Source: Cyanophora paradoxa CCMP329 (lineage: Eukaryota; Plantae; Glaucophyta). Taken from it: DNA of 64,000 nucleotides. Position 1 is the stretch's first letter. Each line of letters begins with the position of its first letter. Positions 11,401 to 22,962 of this stretch are shown here, piece after piece. The notes under the pieces were generated by a model. It did not search any database. It was not told the DNA's origin and saw only the letters and a program-made list of their open reading frames with translations. The position numbers and the translations under genes were made by a program. The stretch is taken from NCBI GenBank assembly GCA_004431415.1, contig QPMI01000408.1:992001-1056000 (forward strand). The letters run 5' to 3'.

Positions 11401-11951
11401 ATATCTCTGCCCAATTTCGTCGACATCGATATTCGCGAGATCGATGTTAGCGGCGGTGAGCATCCTAGAAATCCGCTGCAAATCAGTATCCACGTTCTCG
11501 ATCAGGCCGTGCCATCTCCAAAAAGAGACGAACGGGCGGAAAGCACCTGGTCCGCGGCAGCCAAAGCGATGACTTTGGCCCGATCCTCCGCTGAAAGGGC
11601 AGAGATACAAGTGACGGCGTGGCACAGTAAGAGGAGCGCAGAGTCGGCCACTGGCCACTCAACGACGCGGCTCTGATCATCGCGTGCGAGCACTAACTGC
11701 GGCACGAAATACGTATACGATTACGGAGGAAACGCGCGCGTACGACGGCGCAAAACACTGACAGGACGAACCGCGCTCCGATACAGCCCGGCAACGAGGT
11801 CATCGACGGGTGTAGCGGCGCCTTCAGGGAACGTCTGCTGCAGGATGCGGCCCACGCAAGGGGCGCATTGAACGCCAGCCCCGGGCCGGCACCCACACAG
11901 CACGGGAACTGCCGGCACTTCCCGACTTGCCGGCCGTTCCGACGATGCCAT
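8448..11951 (-). CDS. Multi-exon protein with C-terminal Ulp1/C48 (clan CE, SUMO-protease/adenain-like) cysteine peptidase domain
   Basis: ORF 8448-9074 has clan CE catalytic residues in order: GEHF (His), WFDSKG (Asp), KLQTG (oxyanion Gln), NCGDWVC (Cys). Upstream same-strand exon-like ORFs (9200-11951, from MASSERPASREVP) are separated by GT..AG introns; their linkage to the protease exon is inferred. Confidence 0.65.
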
Positions 11952-12231
11952 CGAGACCGGGAAAGCGACGGCAAGCGTCGGCGACACGCGCGCAACAGTT
12001 GAAGCGGCAGAGCACCTCAGCTGCACGATGACAAGCGCAGAGGGGTATGTGGCGGACCGCAATGTGGGATACGTATTTCTAATGAACCCGATGCGCGATC
12101 GCGAACGATCGCGACCGCCGGCCAGCGATGCCGCCTGTTCACCACCAAGCCCAGTAAGAGGCTGCAGAGCTTCACAATATCACCGTACCCTACCACAGTC
12201 AGCTGACAGAATCTATTAACACTTATTGATC

Positions 12232-12312
12232 GTCATAATGACATCACCGAATCTTTTAACAATCGGTCATTGTCATAATGACATCATAATGACATCACGG
12301 AATCTTTAACAG
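12232..12312. promoter_or_regulatory. Cluster of palindromic (G)TCATAATGAC sites within a direct repeat
   Basis: GTCATAATGAC at 12232 and 12272 and TCATAATGAC at 12284; ..ACATCAC(C/G)GAATCTTT(T)AACA repeated; ~300 bp upstream of the protease gene. Confidence 0.4.
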
Positions 12313-12383
12313 CGATCCATAGCATACCTAATACCCAAAACCTCGAGAGGAACCTCGATTTGTGGGTCAAAAGTGGATACTAG

Positions 12384-12483
12384 AGCCTCTGGTCTCTTCT
12401 TCCCTTCGGTCAGAATTGAGACCAGAGGCTGATAGCCTCTGGTCTCTTCTTCCCTTCGGTCAGAATTGAGACCAGAGGCTGAT
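12384..12483. repeat. Exact tandem duplication of a 50-bp hairpin unit
   Basis: AGCCTCTGGTCTC-ttcttcccttcggtcagaatt-GAGACCAGAGGCT-gat x2; perfect 13-bp inverted repeat in each unit. Confidence 0.95.
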
Positions 12484-13064
12484 CGCGATCGGAACGGAGG
12501 GTACCGAATACTACCGATCGAATCGCCCGTTCCAGTACTAGCTAGTTCTTGCGCTGCTGAAGTTGCGCATGCCCGGCGGCCAAAAACAAATTAATCGCCG
12601 ATGTCGATCGCGAGTCGATCCGAGATCGATATCAAGCTAGCGCTATATATAGATATCGATCGATCAATATCGCTATAGCTATAGATATCATGCCCCGGCC
12701 CGCGTATTAATATTGCAACGCGGAAACGTTTAGAAACCGAAACTTGAAAGGAACGCGGGTTTTGAAAGCTATGTAAAATTAAAAGCTCAGCCGGGGCGCC
12801 TGGCAGTCGACGTCTCATGATCATCATGATCAGTCTCTCATGATCAGAGGCTCAGCGCTAGCTGGCCTCCCGGAGTCCGTCTTGAGCTGGCCGCCGGTCA
12901 CCGGGAACCGGTAGGCCAGCGGTAGTGAGAGGGTAGGTGGCGGATAGCCCAGTAGTGGAGTTTTAGGTGTGGCTGGAGCAAGCTTAAGCGGCCAGGAGCA
13001 GGGACCGGTGCTGTCGCGCTCGGCGGCTCGGACCCCTGTTGCTACGTATACAGCTCTTCTTGCG

Positions 13065-14232
13065 TCATGATGAGCCCGCCGCCACATCATCATGTACAGG
13101 GGCGGCTGCCAGGGCCAGCGCGGCCCGGCGCCCGCGGAAGAGCTCCAGGGCCTCCAGGGGCCTGCCGTGGGAGGCGTACCCCTTCAGGAAGCCGTCCCTG
13201 GCCACGTACCCCTCCGGGGAGGGGTGCGCCCCCGAGTCCAGCTCCTCGGCGATCGCTTCCTGCTCATACGAGCGTCCGTAGGATCGGTCAGATAAGATCA
13301 GATCGGTCTAGGGCGCTTGTAATTACCTCGGGGGGGCCGACGAGGAAGAAGCAGGCTTTCTCGAGCGGCCCCTTCAGCAGGAGCCACTCGCAGAAGGAAG
13401 TGAGGGCGTCCGTCGAGCGACCCGTCTGCGGGCGCGCCGTCACTGAGTCAGCGCCGCGGCTGCGGCCGCGTGGTCTCCGCGAGGCGGCGGGTGGGCCGGG
13501 CGCCGGGCCTGACCTTCCAGGATGCGGGGCGCTTGCCGCTCGCGACGGACTGCCACACCGGGGCGAGTATCTGCAGGGGCGCCGTCGGGTTCGAGTCTTC
13601 GGATCGGATCGGATCCGAGCCCGCGCCCCGCACCTCGTGGAGCTGCTTCCGGATCGCCTCGTACTCCGCCTGGTCGCCCGCGTCCGCCCGGGCGGCCGGC
13701 GAGCGCTCCCGAGCCAGCACCTCCTCGTGGGACACGGCCCAGCCCGCCGCTTTGAATCCCGCAGGGACCGCGTCGCCGGGCTCGAGGAACCGGCTCCCGT
13801 CCGGCCCCTTCGGCTACGCGGCGCGCGCTGAAGCTTAGGCGACCGGCCCAGGCGGGGCGCGCGCGCGGGGTGGGGCGCGCGCACCTTCCAGCAGGTCCAG
13901 GTGTACGTGTCGGCGTCGTAGAGCGCGCGCGCCGCGTCGCTGTCGAGGAACGCGTCGAATGGCACGTCCTGCTGCTGCAGCTGCTGCTGCTCTGCAGCAG
14001 GTTCGCCACGGCCAGCGCCGAAGAGCGCCGGCCGAACGCGCACGAAGCCCAGGCCCGGCTCCTTCCGCGAGATGGACAGCCACGTCTCGCGCACGCCATC
14101 GAGCACTTCGATGCGCGCGTTCTCGTGCCACTCGCTCTCCTCCAGCCACGCGCGTGCGGCCGCGAGGGCGGTGGCCAACGCGGCACGCCCCTCCTTGGCC
14201 CGAGCGCTCAGCTGGGGCTCTGCTCGGGACAT
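13065..14232 (-). CDS. Multi-exon hypothetical protein
   Basis: Exons: MSRAEPQLSARAKEGRAALATALAAARAWLEESEWHENARIEVLDGVRETWLSIS.. / ..VPFDAFLDSDAARALYDADTYTWTCWK / ..EYEAIRKQLHE / ILAPVWQSVASGKRPASWK / ALTSFCEWLLLKGPLEKACFFLVGPPE / YGRSYEQEAIAEELD..FLKGYASHGRPLEALELF..GSS*; GC3-rich codons. Confidence 0.65.
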
Positions 14233-14631
14233 TTGCCGTTCTGGCGCTGCTAATCCATGGCGCGGGCGCTCGCTCGACCACGGCCGAAGCTGCGGCGGGA
14301 GACCGCAGCGCGCGCCCTGCTCGGTGGTCACGCTGATCTTCCCGCTGCTGATGCACGAACGAGTACCGCTGCGCACGGCTTCTTCTAGACGATCCGAGCA
14401 GCTGGGGTACGTTACGAATTGAGGGCCATCGAAACCCAAGTTGTCCTCGAGCAGGCTCGGAGCAGCTCAGGCGCTCCACTGCTGAGGCAAATAAGAGAGC
14501 GTATACGTAGGTGCGCGCGCGAGTTGACCGGCGCGAAGCGACCGGCCGATCTGCGTCAATGCACCCGCTGATCGCTGATCGAGAGAGTCGACGTCGCTAT
14601 CGATATCGCAGGTGCTCTCAGCGAGCTCGGG

Positions 14632-17600
14632 ATGGGAGACCTGACGCGCCCGGAGACGCGCTCGGCGGCGTCTCTCGGCGAGCTGGCGCCGGCAGCTGCA
14701 GATCTGGATCGAGAGGCGGGACCCTTCGACGCTCTGCCGGATGCGGTGATGGTCGAAGTGTACAAGGCGCTCGGGCTGCGAGCGAGCTGGCCGCTGCGCC
14801 GCGTGTGCAGGTTCGTATGCATGCGGACCAGCACCTGTTCCATGGAGCAGACCGCTCTGCGGCAGCGCTAGCGGATCTGACCATGCATATATGGATCGCA
14901 GGCGGTGGCGGCGGGTGCTCGAGGAGACGGAGTGGGCGAGCTTCGAGCTGCGAGTCAAGATCGACGCCAGCGCTCGAGAGGACGAGGAGGTGAGCTTAAG
15001 CTTGGGCGCTAGTGCGCGGGCGAGGCACGTAACGCGGGTCCCGCGCGCGCGCGCGCGCGCGCAGAGCGGCGCCGCCGACGTCGAACGCGCGTTCGCCAGC
15101 GCGTCGGCGCTCTTCGAGGAGGGGCGGCTGCGGCTCGGCGGCGGCGCCCGCGTCTCGCTCCGGCCCGAGCTCGTTTCGACGGAGGCAGAGGCGGAGGCCG
15201 AAGAAGGGGCGCAGGACGAGGGCCACCTGCGGGCGGCAGCCGCCGCGTGCGGCCTGCTCGCGTCCATCGCCCGGGGCCACGCGAGCGGCGCCGGCGCCGG
15301 CGCCGGCGCAGCGCCGCGCGAAGTCGTCCTGGAGATCCTCAGGAGCAGCGCCAAGCCGCCGCCCTTAGGGTTCGAACTCGATGTTCGGGAGCACGGGCGC
15401 ACCGAGGACGACTTTGTCGGCGGACTGCTCCTCGGCGCCCTCCGCTCGCTGGCGCCGCCGGAGGGGGCGGCCGGCTCCGGCGCCAGCGCCCTGGAGGGCC
15501 TCGGCTTGGCCCTGACGGCCGCGGACAGCGACTGCCTCTGGGCCCCCTGGCCGTGGCCCCCGCCGGGCGAGCTGCGCGCCGCCCTCGCGCCCTTCGCCGC
15601 CCTGCGCTCCCTCGACCTCCACTTCCAGGTCCTTATATAGCTTCCAACTTTTTTACATTAACTACATTATATAGCTGCTAACTATATTCTATCATTTTAT
15701 AAACGGCGCCGTTAACTGAGGTCCTTTACAATAACGTGATCTTTTGGAAACGGCGCCGCTAACCATATTTTCCTCCTCTTCTTCTATCTCCTCCAGGCCT
15801 CCACCGGCGCGACGGCGGAGACTGCAGCGGCGATCGCGGCGGCCTGCCCCCTCCTCCGCTCACTCAGCCTCCAGCTCAACCGAAGGTCCGCCCCCTCTCG
15901 CCCTCGCGCACCGCCGCCCCCGGCCCCTCGACCCCCCCCCCCCCCCCCCCCCCCCCCCACTTCCACTCCCCCTCCTCCCTTTTTGGAACCTTAAGACCTC
16001 GGATCCGATCCTCTCGAAATGCCCTCTCCCTGTTCAATTCCAATTGGAATCCGATTCAATTAGAAACTTAGAATCCTGTTCAATTTCGTCCTGCGCCCCT
16101 CAAGATCTTCGATGTCTCATCTACCCCCCCCCCACCCCCCCCCCCCCGGTCCTTAGGTCGACGCCCAAGGCGCTGGAGGCGCTGGCGGTCCTATCCCACC
16201 TCGAGCGGCTGCTCCTGCTGGTGCGCAGTGTTAGCCTAAAAAGCATCTTAGAGAGTATCCTAGATTAGCTGCCGCGCTGAGCAGTGCGGCAGGTGTGCGA
16301 CAGCCTCTGCGACGTGACGGGCGGCCTGGGCGCCCTCGCCGGGGGCCCCGCGGGGGCGAGCCTCGAGGGCCTCGCCTTCCTCCACAGCGACGCCGCCTTC
16401 GCGTGCGCCCTTCAAAGCTTTCTATCTTTCTTTCTCACGTTTCTCTACAACAAGAATGTATTTCGCTCTGTGCTTCGCTCTGTTTGTGTCTGGACGCTGA
16501 AGCTGATCCCTGGGCGACCTCCTTCGGGCGCAGGGAGGGCGAGTTCCCGCGCCGGCACCCGCACGCGTACCCCGCCCGCACCGAGGTGCCGGCACCCCTC
16601 CCCCCCCCCCCCTTCCCCGCCTCTCCCACCCCCCGCCCCCTCCCCTCCCTTCAACCCCCCCGTCCCCCCCCCCCCCTCCCCTCCCCCGCTCGTACTCCCC
16701 ATCCCCTCCGCGAGGAACGTACTTCCCCCTCGCTCGGACCCTGCCGTACCCCCCTCAGCCCCCCCCCCTTTTAGCGCTCGGGCCGCCCTCCTCCCCCCCC
16801 TCTCGCCTTGGGACCGCCTAGCGCCTCGCCTCTACCTTGCTTGAGCCGTTCTCCTCGCCTCGCCCCCCCCCCCCCCCCCCCCACCCTTCCCCCCCCCCCA
16901 CGCCCCGGGGCCCTGGCTCCCCCCGCCCCCCTCGCCCCCCACCGCCCCTCACCTCCTCCCCCAGGTCTCGGAGGAGGCCTTCCTGGCGCTGGCGCGCATG
17001 CCACGCCTCCAGTCCTTCGAGCCCGTCTGGGTGCGCCCCCGCCCCCGCCCAGAATTTGAAGGAAAGAAAACATGCTAGAGGGCCTGCCCCTTACTCTCCT
17101 TCCCTTCACCCCCCACAGATTCACCCGGACCTGATGGACGCGGGGGCGATCCGGGCGCTGGGCCGCGTGAAAAGCCTCCGCGAGGCCCGCGTCAACTTCT
17201 CCGCCAGGCACGCCCGCGTCCGCGCCCGCCTGGGATCAGAGGCTCGGGGAATGCGAGTAGCCCACCTAAGCTTAGAGGACGCGGGGACCGGGCCCGCTCA
17301 GGCTCCGATGAGGGGGAGCAGTAGCCCACCTAGAAGCACAAGCTTAAGGGAGGCGGGGCCCCGCTCAGGCTCCAATGAGGGGGAGCATTTATAGCGCCCC
17401 AACCCGCTGGCGCCTCCTCGCGCCTCGGCTGCGGGCCAGACTGAGCTAGACCTAGACCCAGATCCCCGGCCTCCCCGCCCAGCCGGCGCCTCCTCCTCTC
17501 TCTGACCCCCGCCGGCCGGCAGCTACGACCACGGGCAGACGGGGGAGGCGCTGGGGGCCCTCGCGGGCGCCCTGAACGCCCTGCCCCGCCTGGAGCGCCT

Positions 17601-18197
17601 GCGGCTCCACCTCTCGGGTGAGGGCTGCGCTGTGCTAATCCGCCGTGATATCGATTTTAATCTCGATTCACCGTTCACCGTCGCCTCGGGCGCAGTCCTC
17701 AACCACAACGCGGGGGAGGTGGCGGCGCTCCTCTCCGGCCCCGGCGCCCGCCGCGCCCTCGCCGATCTCCGCCTGCGCCTCGGGCGGGCCCTGACGGGGG
17801 CCGAGGCGGAGGCGATCGCTGCGCTGCCGGCGCTGGGGCGGCTCGAGCTCGACGCCCTCTTCGCCCCTGTACAGAAGTCGGTTGCCGCGCTCCCAGCCCT
17901 GGATCCGGAGCGCCCGGAGGCCTCCACCCTCCTCGAATCGCTTGAGTCCGACTCCTCCCTTCGCCCCTACGAGGTCCGCTCCATTTTAAGCTGCTGTGCC
18001 TGCGGCCGCTCTGATGATGCGATGATGGTGACGGGCAGGCCCTGCGGCGGCTTCGGCCCGAGGTCCGGGCGAGCGTCCGCCTCTCGGGGGCCGACCCCGA
18101 GGCGCTGGAGGGGGCGCGGGCGGCCGTCCGGCGCGCCCTCGAGGGGCGTCTCCCAGGCCCCTCCCGCCTCGTCATCCACGATCATGAGTCTCTTTGA
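14632..18197 (+). CDS. F-box protein with leucine-rich-repeat-like C-terminal region (multi-exon)
   Basis: N-terminal F-box motif PFDALPDAVMVEVYKALGLRASWPLRRVCR|RWRRV; downstream LxxLxL repeats (FAALRSLDLHF, LSHLERLLL, LPRLERLRLHL, LPALGRLEL); stop TGA at 18195-18197. Confidence 0.8.
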
Positions 18198-18475
18198 TTC
18201 GAGCGGCCCTTCTGGCTAGTTATAATTGGATTAGACCATTATCCATTATCTCTTTGAGAGGATTAGGATTAGCGGCCCTTCTGGCTGGTTCAGTCGTTGA
18301 ACGGTTATGATTAGACGCTCGGCAGCTCCCTCTTCGATCCCGCGTGTATGACTGCATTCCCTGTTCCCTGCTAGCAGACGCAGGCCCCCACCCCCCGGTG
18401 ACGCCGGCGGCCGCGCGCCGGCACTCGTTCGTCTTCGATCTCTAAACGATGATTGCGATGCGTTCCCTTAATTTC

Positions 18476-19563
18476 CTACCCCTGCGGCCGCTCCTCGAAG
18501 CGGAGGAAGAGGTCCTGGGGACGGAGGATGTGCCGCCCCCGCCGCGCGAACCGCACCGCGCCCGCCCCCGCCCCCGCCGGCGCCGACACTGCGCGCGAGC
18601 CGCCGGCTCAGGGGGAGGGGGAGGGGGGAGGGGGGGGGGGAGAAGCGGGAGGGGTACCGCGGAAGCGGGAGAGGAGGGCGCCGAGGAGGGCCCGCTGCTC
18701 CAGCAGAGAGAACTGCGCCCCGACGCTGGGGGTACAGCTTCAGAGGGGGAGGGGGGATGGAAGGGGGGGGGGGAGTAGAGGGACCAGGAGCGGGGCCCCG
18801 CGATGAAGGGGAGGTACGCGAACGGGTGCCGCCCCTCCGAGCGGCCTGCAAAGGCGGTCGGAGGGGGTACAGTAACGCCGCTTCGTCTTCGGGGGGGGGG
18901 GTACGGCACCCGGGGCGAAGCGGTCGGGGTCGAATCGCTCGGGGTCCGGCCAGAGCTCGGGGTCCCGGTGCAGCGCGACCAGCGGGATCGAGACCAGCGT
19001 CTGGGGAGGTGCCGCGTCACGAGCGGGGCGGGCGGGTGGCGAAGATGGAAATTCGTACCCCCCGGGGGAGGCGGTGGGGCCCGAGGTCGTCGTCCTCCGT
19101 CAGCAGCCGCATAGTCTGCGGCCGCGTCAATGGGGGTACGACCGCGGCCGGGAGGGGCGGGGCGGGGTACCGCGTTAAAGGTCGGCGGGTAGAGGCGCAT
19201 GGCTGCAGGGATCGGAGCGTAAGAAGGAGCGGCGCGGAGGGGACACCGCAAGCGCGCGGGCGGGCGGACCTTCCCTGATGACCTGTCCCGTGTACTCGAG
19301 CCGGCCCGCGTCGCCCTTCGCCTGCACCGCATCCTTGTGCACCCGCTCCTGGGGGGGATTGGCGGTTAGGGGGGTAGAAGATCTCAAAAACCAAGAGGGC
19401 CGGGGTACCTGGATCTCGGGGTGGAGGGCGAGCAGGTACAGCGCCGAGCAGAGCGCCGACGCTTCGGGAAGCTCAGGGGGGAGGGGGGAAGGGCCGAGGG
19501 GGGTACGGCACCGGTTGTCTCGTGCCCCGCGACGACGAACCCGACGAGGTTGTCCCGCAGCTG

Positions 19564-19595
<32 letters not shown>

Positions 19596-21333
19596 ACGGT
19601 AGGGTCCGAGCGGGGAGGGGGGTACGTGCCTCGCGGTCGGTGAGGCCGTCGCCGGAGGCGGCGACGTCGGCCGCGGGGCGCGCGGCCGCCACAAGGGCTG
19701 AGAGGAGGGTCCGGGCACCCCGCCCTCCGGCCCCCCCCGCGCCCGCCCCCTCCGCCCCTCGCCGCTCGCGGTCGATGAGGTCGTAGAGAAGCTGCGTAGG
19801 GGAGGAATTGGAAGAATTCGCGGGGGGTACAGCGGCCGAGGGGATGGGTACGGGGCACCCTGTCTATGGTCGCGACGCTGCGGTAGAATTCCCTGTTCGA
19901 CTCCAGCGGGAGCGAGTTTAGGAAAGGGAGCAGAAACCGCAGCGGGCTCGCTGCGCGCGAGTGGGTGGGTGGGTAGGGAAGCAGCTGGAGGGGGGGGTGG
20001 GGGCGAGGGGGGTACAGGCGGTTTTGAGAGCGCTGTTGTACGCGAGCAGAGTTTCGTTGCCGCTGCGCGCGGGGAGGGCTGAGAGGCGAGGCGGAAGAAG
20101 AAGGGGGCCCCGCGGGACTCGAACCTGTCGCGGAGGGCTCCGAAGTCGTACCCGAACAGCGCGCGGCCTGCGGAGGGGTACGGTCGGCGGGCGGGCCCGG
20201 GGACCGGGCGCAAGGAGAGCGGAGAGAAAGAAGGGAGGGGTACCCACGGCATCGAGCGTGACCCGCTGCAGGCGCGGGGGGTGAGGGGCCGGGGGTACAA
20301 TGCGGGGAGGGGTACGCGGTCGCGCCTGCATCAGGTCCTCGACGCGCACGGGGGCGCCTTTCGCCGCAGCGATCGCGTCCGCAAGCTCCCCCGCGCACCC
20401 CGTGAATACCTGTACCCCTTTTCGTCGATGGACACCGGATACGGGGGCCTAACGGGGGGTACGGCGGACCGGGAGGAGGGCCTGCACAGCGTCGCTGTGG
20501 AACGCGCCCGCCATCGCCCGCCGCTGCCGCCTGCGCGGGGGCGTCGAGGGGGTACGGGATTCTCGCGTCCGGGAGGGGGGTAGGGCCCGCCTCCACGTCT
20601 CCCCATTCACAAAGACGACGTTCTGACCCAGCATCATCTCGACGAACCTGCGGGGGGAGGGGGATGAGACGCGGGGGGGTACTGGGGATCCGAAGGAAGG
20701 GTACGGGGCGCGCTTGGAACCGACTGCGACCTCCGCTTTGGTGTAGAGGTCCGACCTGCGGCGTCGGCGCGCGCTGATCTTGAGCGGGCCAGCAGTGGCG
20801 GGGCGGGGCGGGGCGGGGCGGGGCGGGCGCCTGGTGAGGACACGCTTGACCAGCTCGGGGTCGGAGACGTCTGGGCGGAGCGCGGCGCGGTGAGCCTGGG
20901 AGGGGCGGCGGGCGGGCCGGGCGGCGGCGGCGGGGCGGGGCGGCCGCACAGACGACGAGGCGGCCGGGGAGGGCGCCCTGGTAGACACGGCCGTAGCGCG
21001 CGCGCCAAGCCAGAAGCAGCTCCGAGAGGTGCGGGCCGCCCCGCAGCAGCGCCCACAGGAGCTGGCGTCCCGCGCCTTGGTTTCAGCTTCGAGGGCGGCG
21101 CGGCCGCGGGGCGCGCGGGCGGGTGTAGGCGCGCGCGGGTGTGGGCGCGCGCGCGGGCGCGCGCGCCGGCGCACCTCAGAGAGGGGCCGCTCGGGCAGTG
21201 ACGGGATGCGAGGCGCGCGAAAACGGCTCCGGATGTACTGCGCGGCCGCCGCAGCTATCGCGGCCGCCGCGAGTCCGGCGAACGTCGCCGCGCGACCCGC
21301 CGCGAGCGGAGCGAACGCGCCCCGAGCCATCAT
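18476..21333 (-). CDS. Cytochrome P450 monooxygenase (multi-exon)
   Basis: N-terminal hydrophobic anchor; [11 protein letters not shown]; NGETWR|RQRRAM; RVTLDAVG|RALFGYDF; I-helix AGHETT; K-helix E|AMRLYPP; [20 protein letters not shown]; heme motif FIAGPRSC|VGAQF with the Cys codon split TG|C by an intron; ends [10 protein letters not shown]. Confidence 0.93.
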
Positions 21334-22461
21334 GGCATCTGCTACGTGGTCGTTGCAATTGGAAGCTTAAGGGTGCGGATCGTTGTGGCGTCAGCCGCGG
21401 GTGCAGCTGCAGCTCGGGCTCTGCACTGCGGCACGCGCCGGCAGCTCTAGCTCCTCGCCGCTTCCTCCGAAGGCTCGGCCTCGAGCTCAAGATGCAGGAG
21501 GTGCCAGGGGCCCTGCAGCTGAGGGGGGTATCGGGCTCAGCGGGCTACGGCCTGTGCGCGGCGACTGTGGACCGTCAGCTGTCAAACTCGGGAACGCCCA
21601 ACCGTTTTTCTTGGAGGTACCTCGGAGTCTCGGACTCGCCTAGGAGCTAACAGTCGGAGGACTTGCCAACGCCAGTCTGTAAGTATAACGGATGCGGAGG
21701 TTTTCCTGAATCACAAGCCTGAGATTCATGATCATGATCTTATCCAACATTCCAAATAAATATGAATGATTTGAAATTGGATGAGATCTGATAGAAATTC
21801 GCCGCATTCGTGACGTCGACGGTTAACTAGGATTATCCGGATCCGCGGAGGTACGGTATAGCCTTACCGTATAGGGCCCGGCCAGCGGCCGGTACCGGTT
21901 GCCAACGTGGCAAAACGGATCCCGGATCCGATCGGATCATCGGACTCATCGCCGAGTCATCGGCGCATCGCGGGATTCGCGGGAATCGCGGCCCGGCCCG
22001 GCCGGGTACGGTCCCGGGCCCCCGGCCCCCGGGCCTCCCGGCCGGAGGCGCGGACTCGCCGAGTCGATCGCGAGCTCCGGACCCGGCCGGCCGCCCTCAG
22101 CCGGCGCCCTGGCGCAGCGCGCCGCGGCGCGCGCGAGCTCGATCGAGGGAGAGCTCATCGCGGTTGCGCAGGCTTCCGAGGCAGGCTTCGCACACTGTGA
22201 GACAAGTTCGACGCAGCAGTGCATGCGCAGCAGCACCGGTGCGCTGCTTCGCCGACTCGGCCACGTTTGCGTGCACGGCACTGCTTCGGTCCGACTCGGC
22301 GAGCTCGAGGCCGGCCGCACACGGACGCTCCGGTCCGCAGGCCCGGCTGCAGTGTCAGGCGGCCCGGGCGCCCAATGTTCGCGGCGACCGCGGGCACAGA
22401 TGAGCTGCTAAGCACGAAGTCGGAGCGCGTTTGCGGACGCCGCTCGAACGCGAACGTGGAT

Positions 22462-22928
22462 ATGGACCACGACCCTGCCGTGGCCAGCAGCTCTTCACGC
22501 AGCCACAGACCTAGGCCTAGGCCTGGGCCTGCGACAAGGCATCGCAGCTGCACAGCGGCCGTTGCTTTCGTTCTCGTCGTCCTTACAATCTCGCTCTGTG
22601 CCGAGGCTCGGCCGCGCAGCAAGGTGCGCATATGCCATTCGCACAGCCTTGCAATTGAAGGCCTAGGCCTGCAGCTGCTGACTCTCCGCCCTCAGCCATT
22701 CCCTTTCGGTGTCAAGGAGCTTCACGAGTCGACGGGTGCGCATGCTTGAATTGGGTCGCGCCCGCGCCGCGTTTGTCTACGTGGCATGCGCGCCTTACCG
22801 GTCAGTGCCTAATTATAACCGTCCTGGCATGCAGAGCACGAGATCGACTGGTTCAAGCACGTCCCAGACGCGCGGTTCACGATCGGGCGGCACCCGCACG
22901 GCCACGGCCACGGCCGCGGGGGCGCCGG

Positions 22929-22962
<34 letters not shown>

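Larger units (their letters stand above)
1..12550. mobile_element. Putative large mobile/accessory element (right part), class unresolved
   Basis: Genes here are visibly less GC-rich than the downstream genes; internal satellite arrays; Ulp1-like protease cargo; palindromes and tandem hairpins at 12232-12483. No transposase seen in the window. Confidence 0.35.

Noticed and set aside
12384-12483. Inward-facing BsaI sites (GGTCTC..GAGACC) suggesting a synthetic cloning cassette
   Set aside because: They follow automatically from the 13-bp inverted repeat; no vector sequence is nearby.
12600-12700. GATC/ATAT palindrome-rich stretch
   Set aside because: Low-complexity sequence with no defined long stem; similar runs occur in other intergenic parts of the window.
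21895-21920. RFX X-box-like GTTGCCAACGTGGCAA in the P450/giant-gene divergent region
   Set aside because: Half-site spacing and the second half-site do not fit the X-box consensus.
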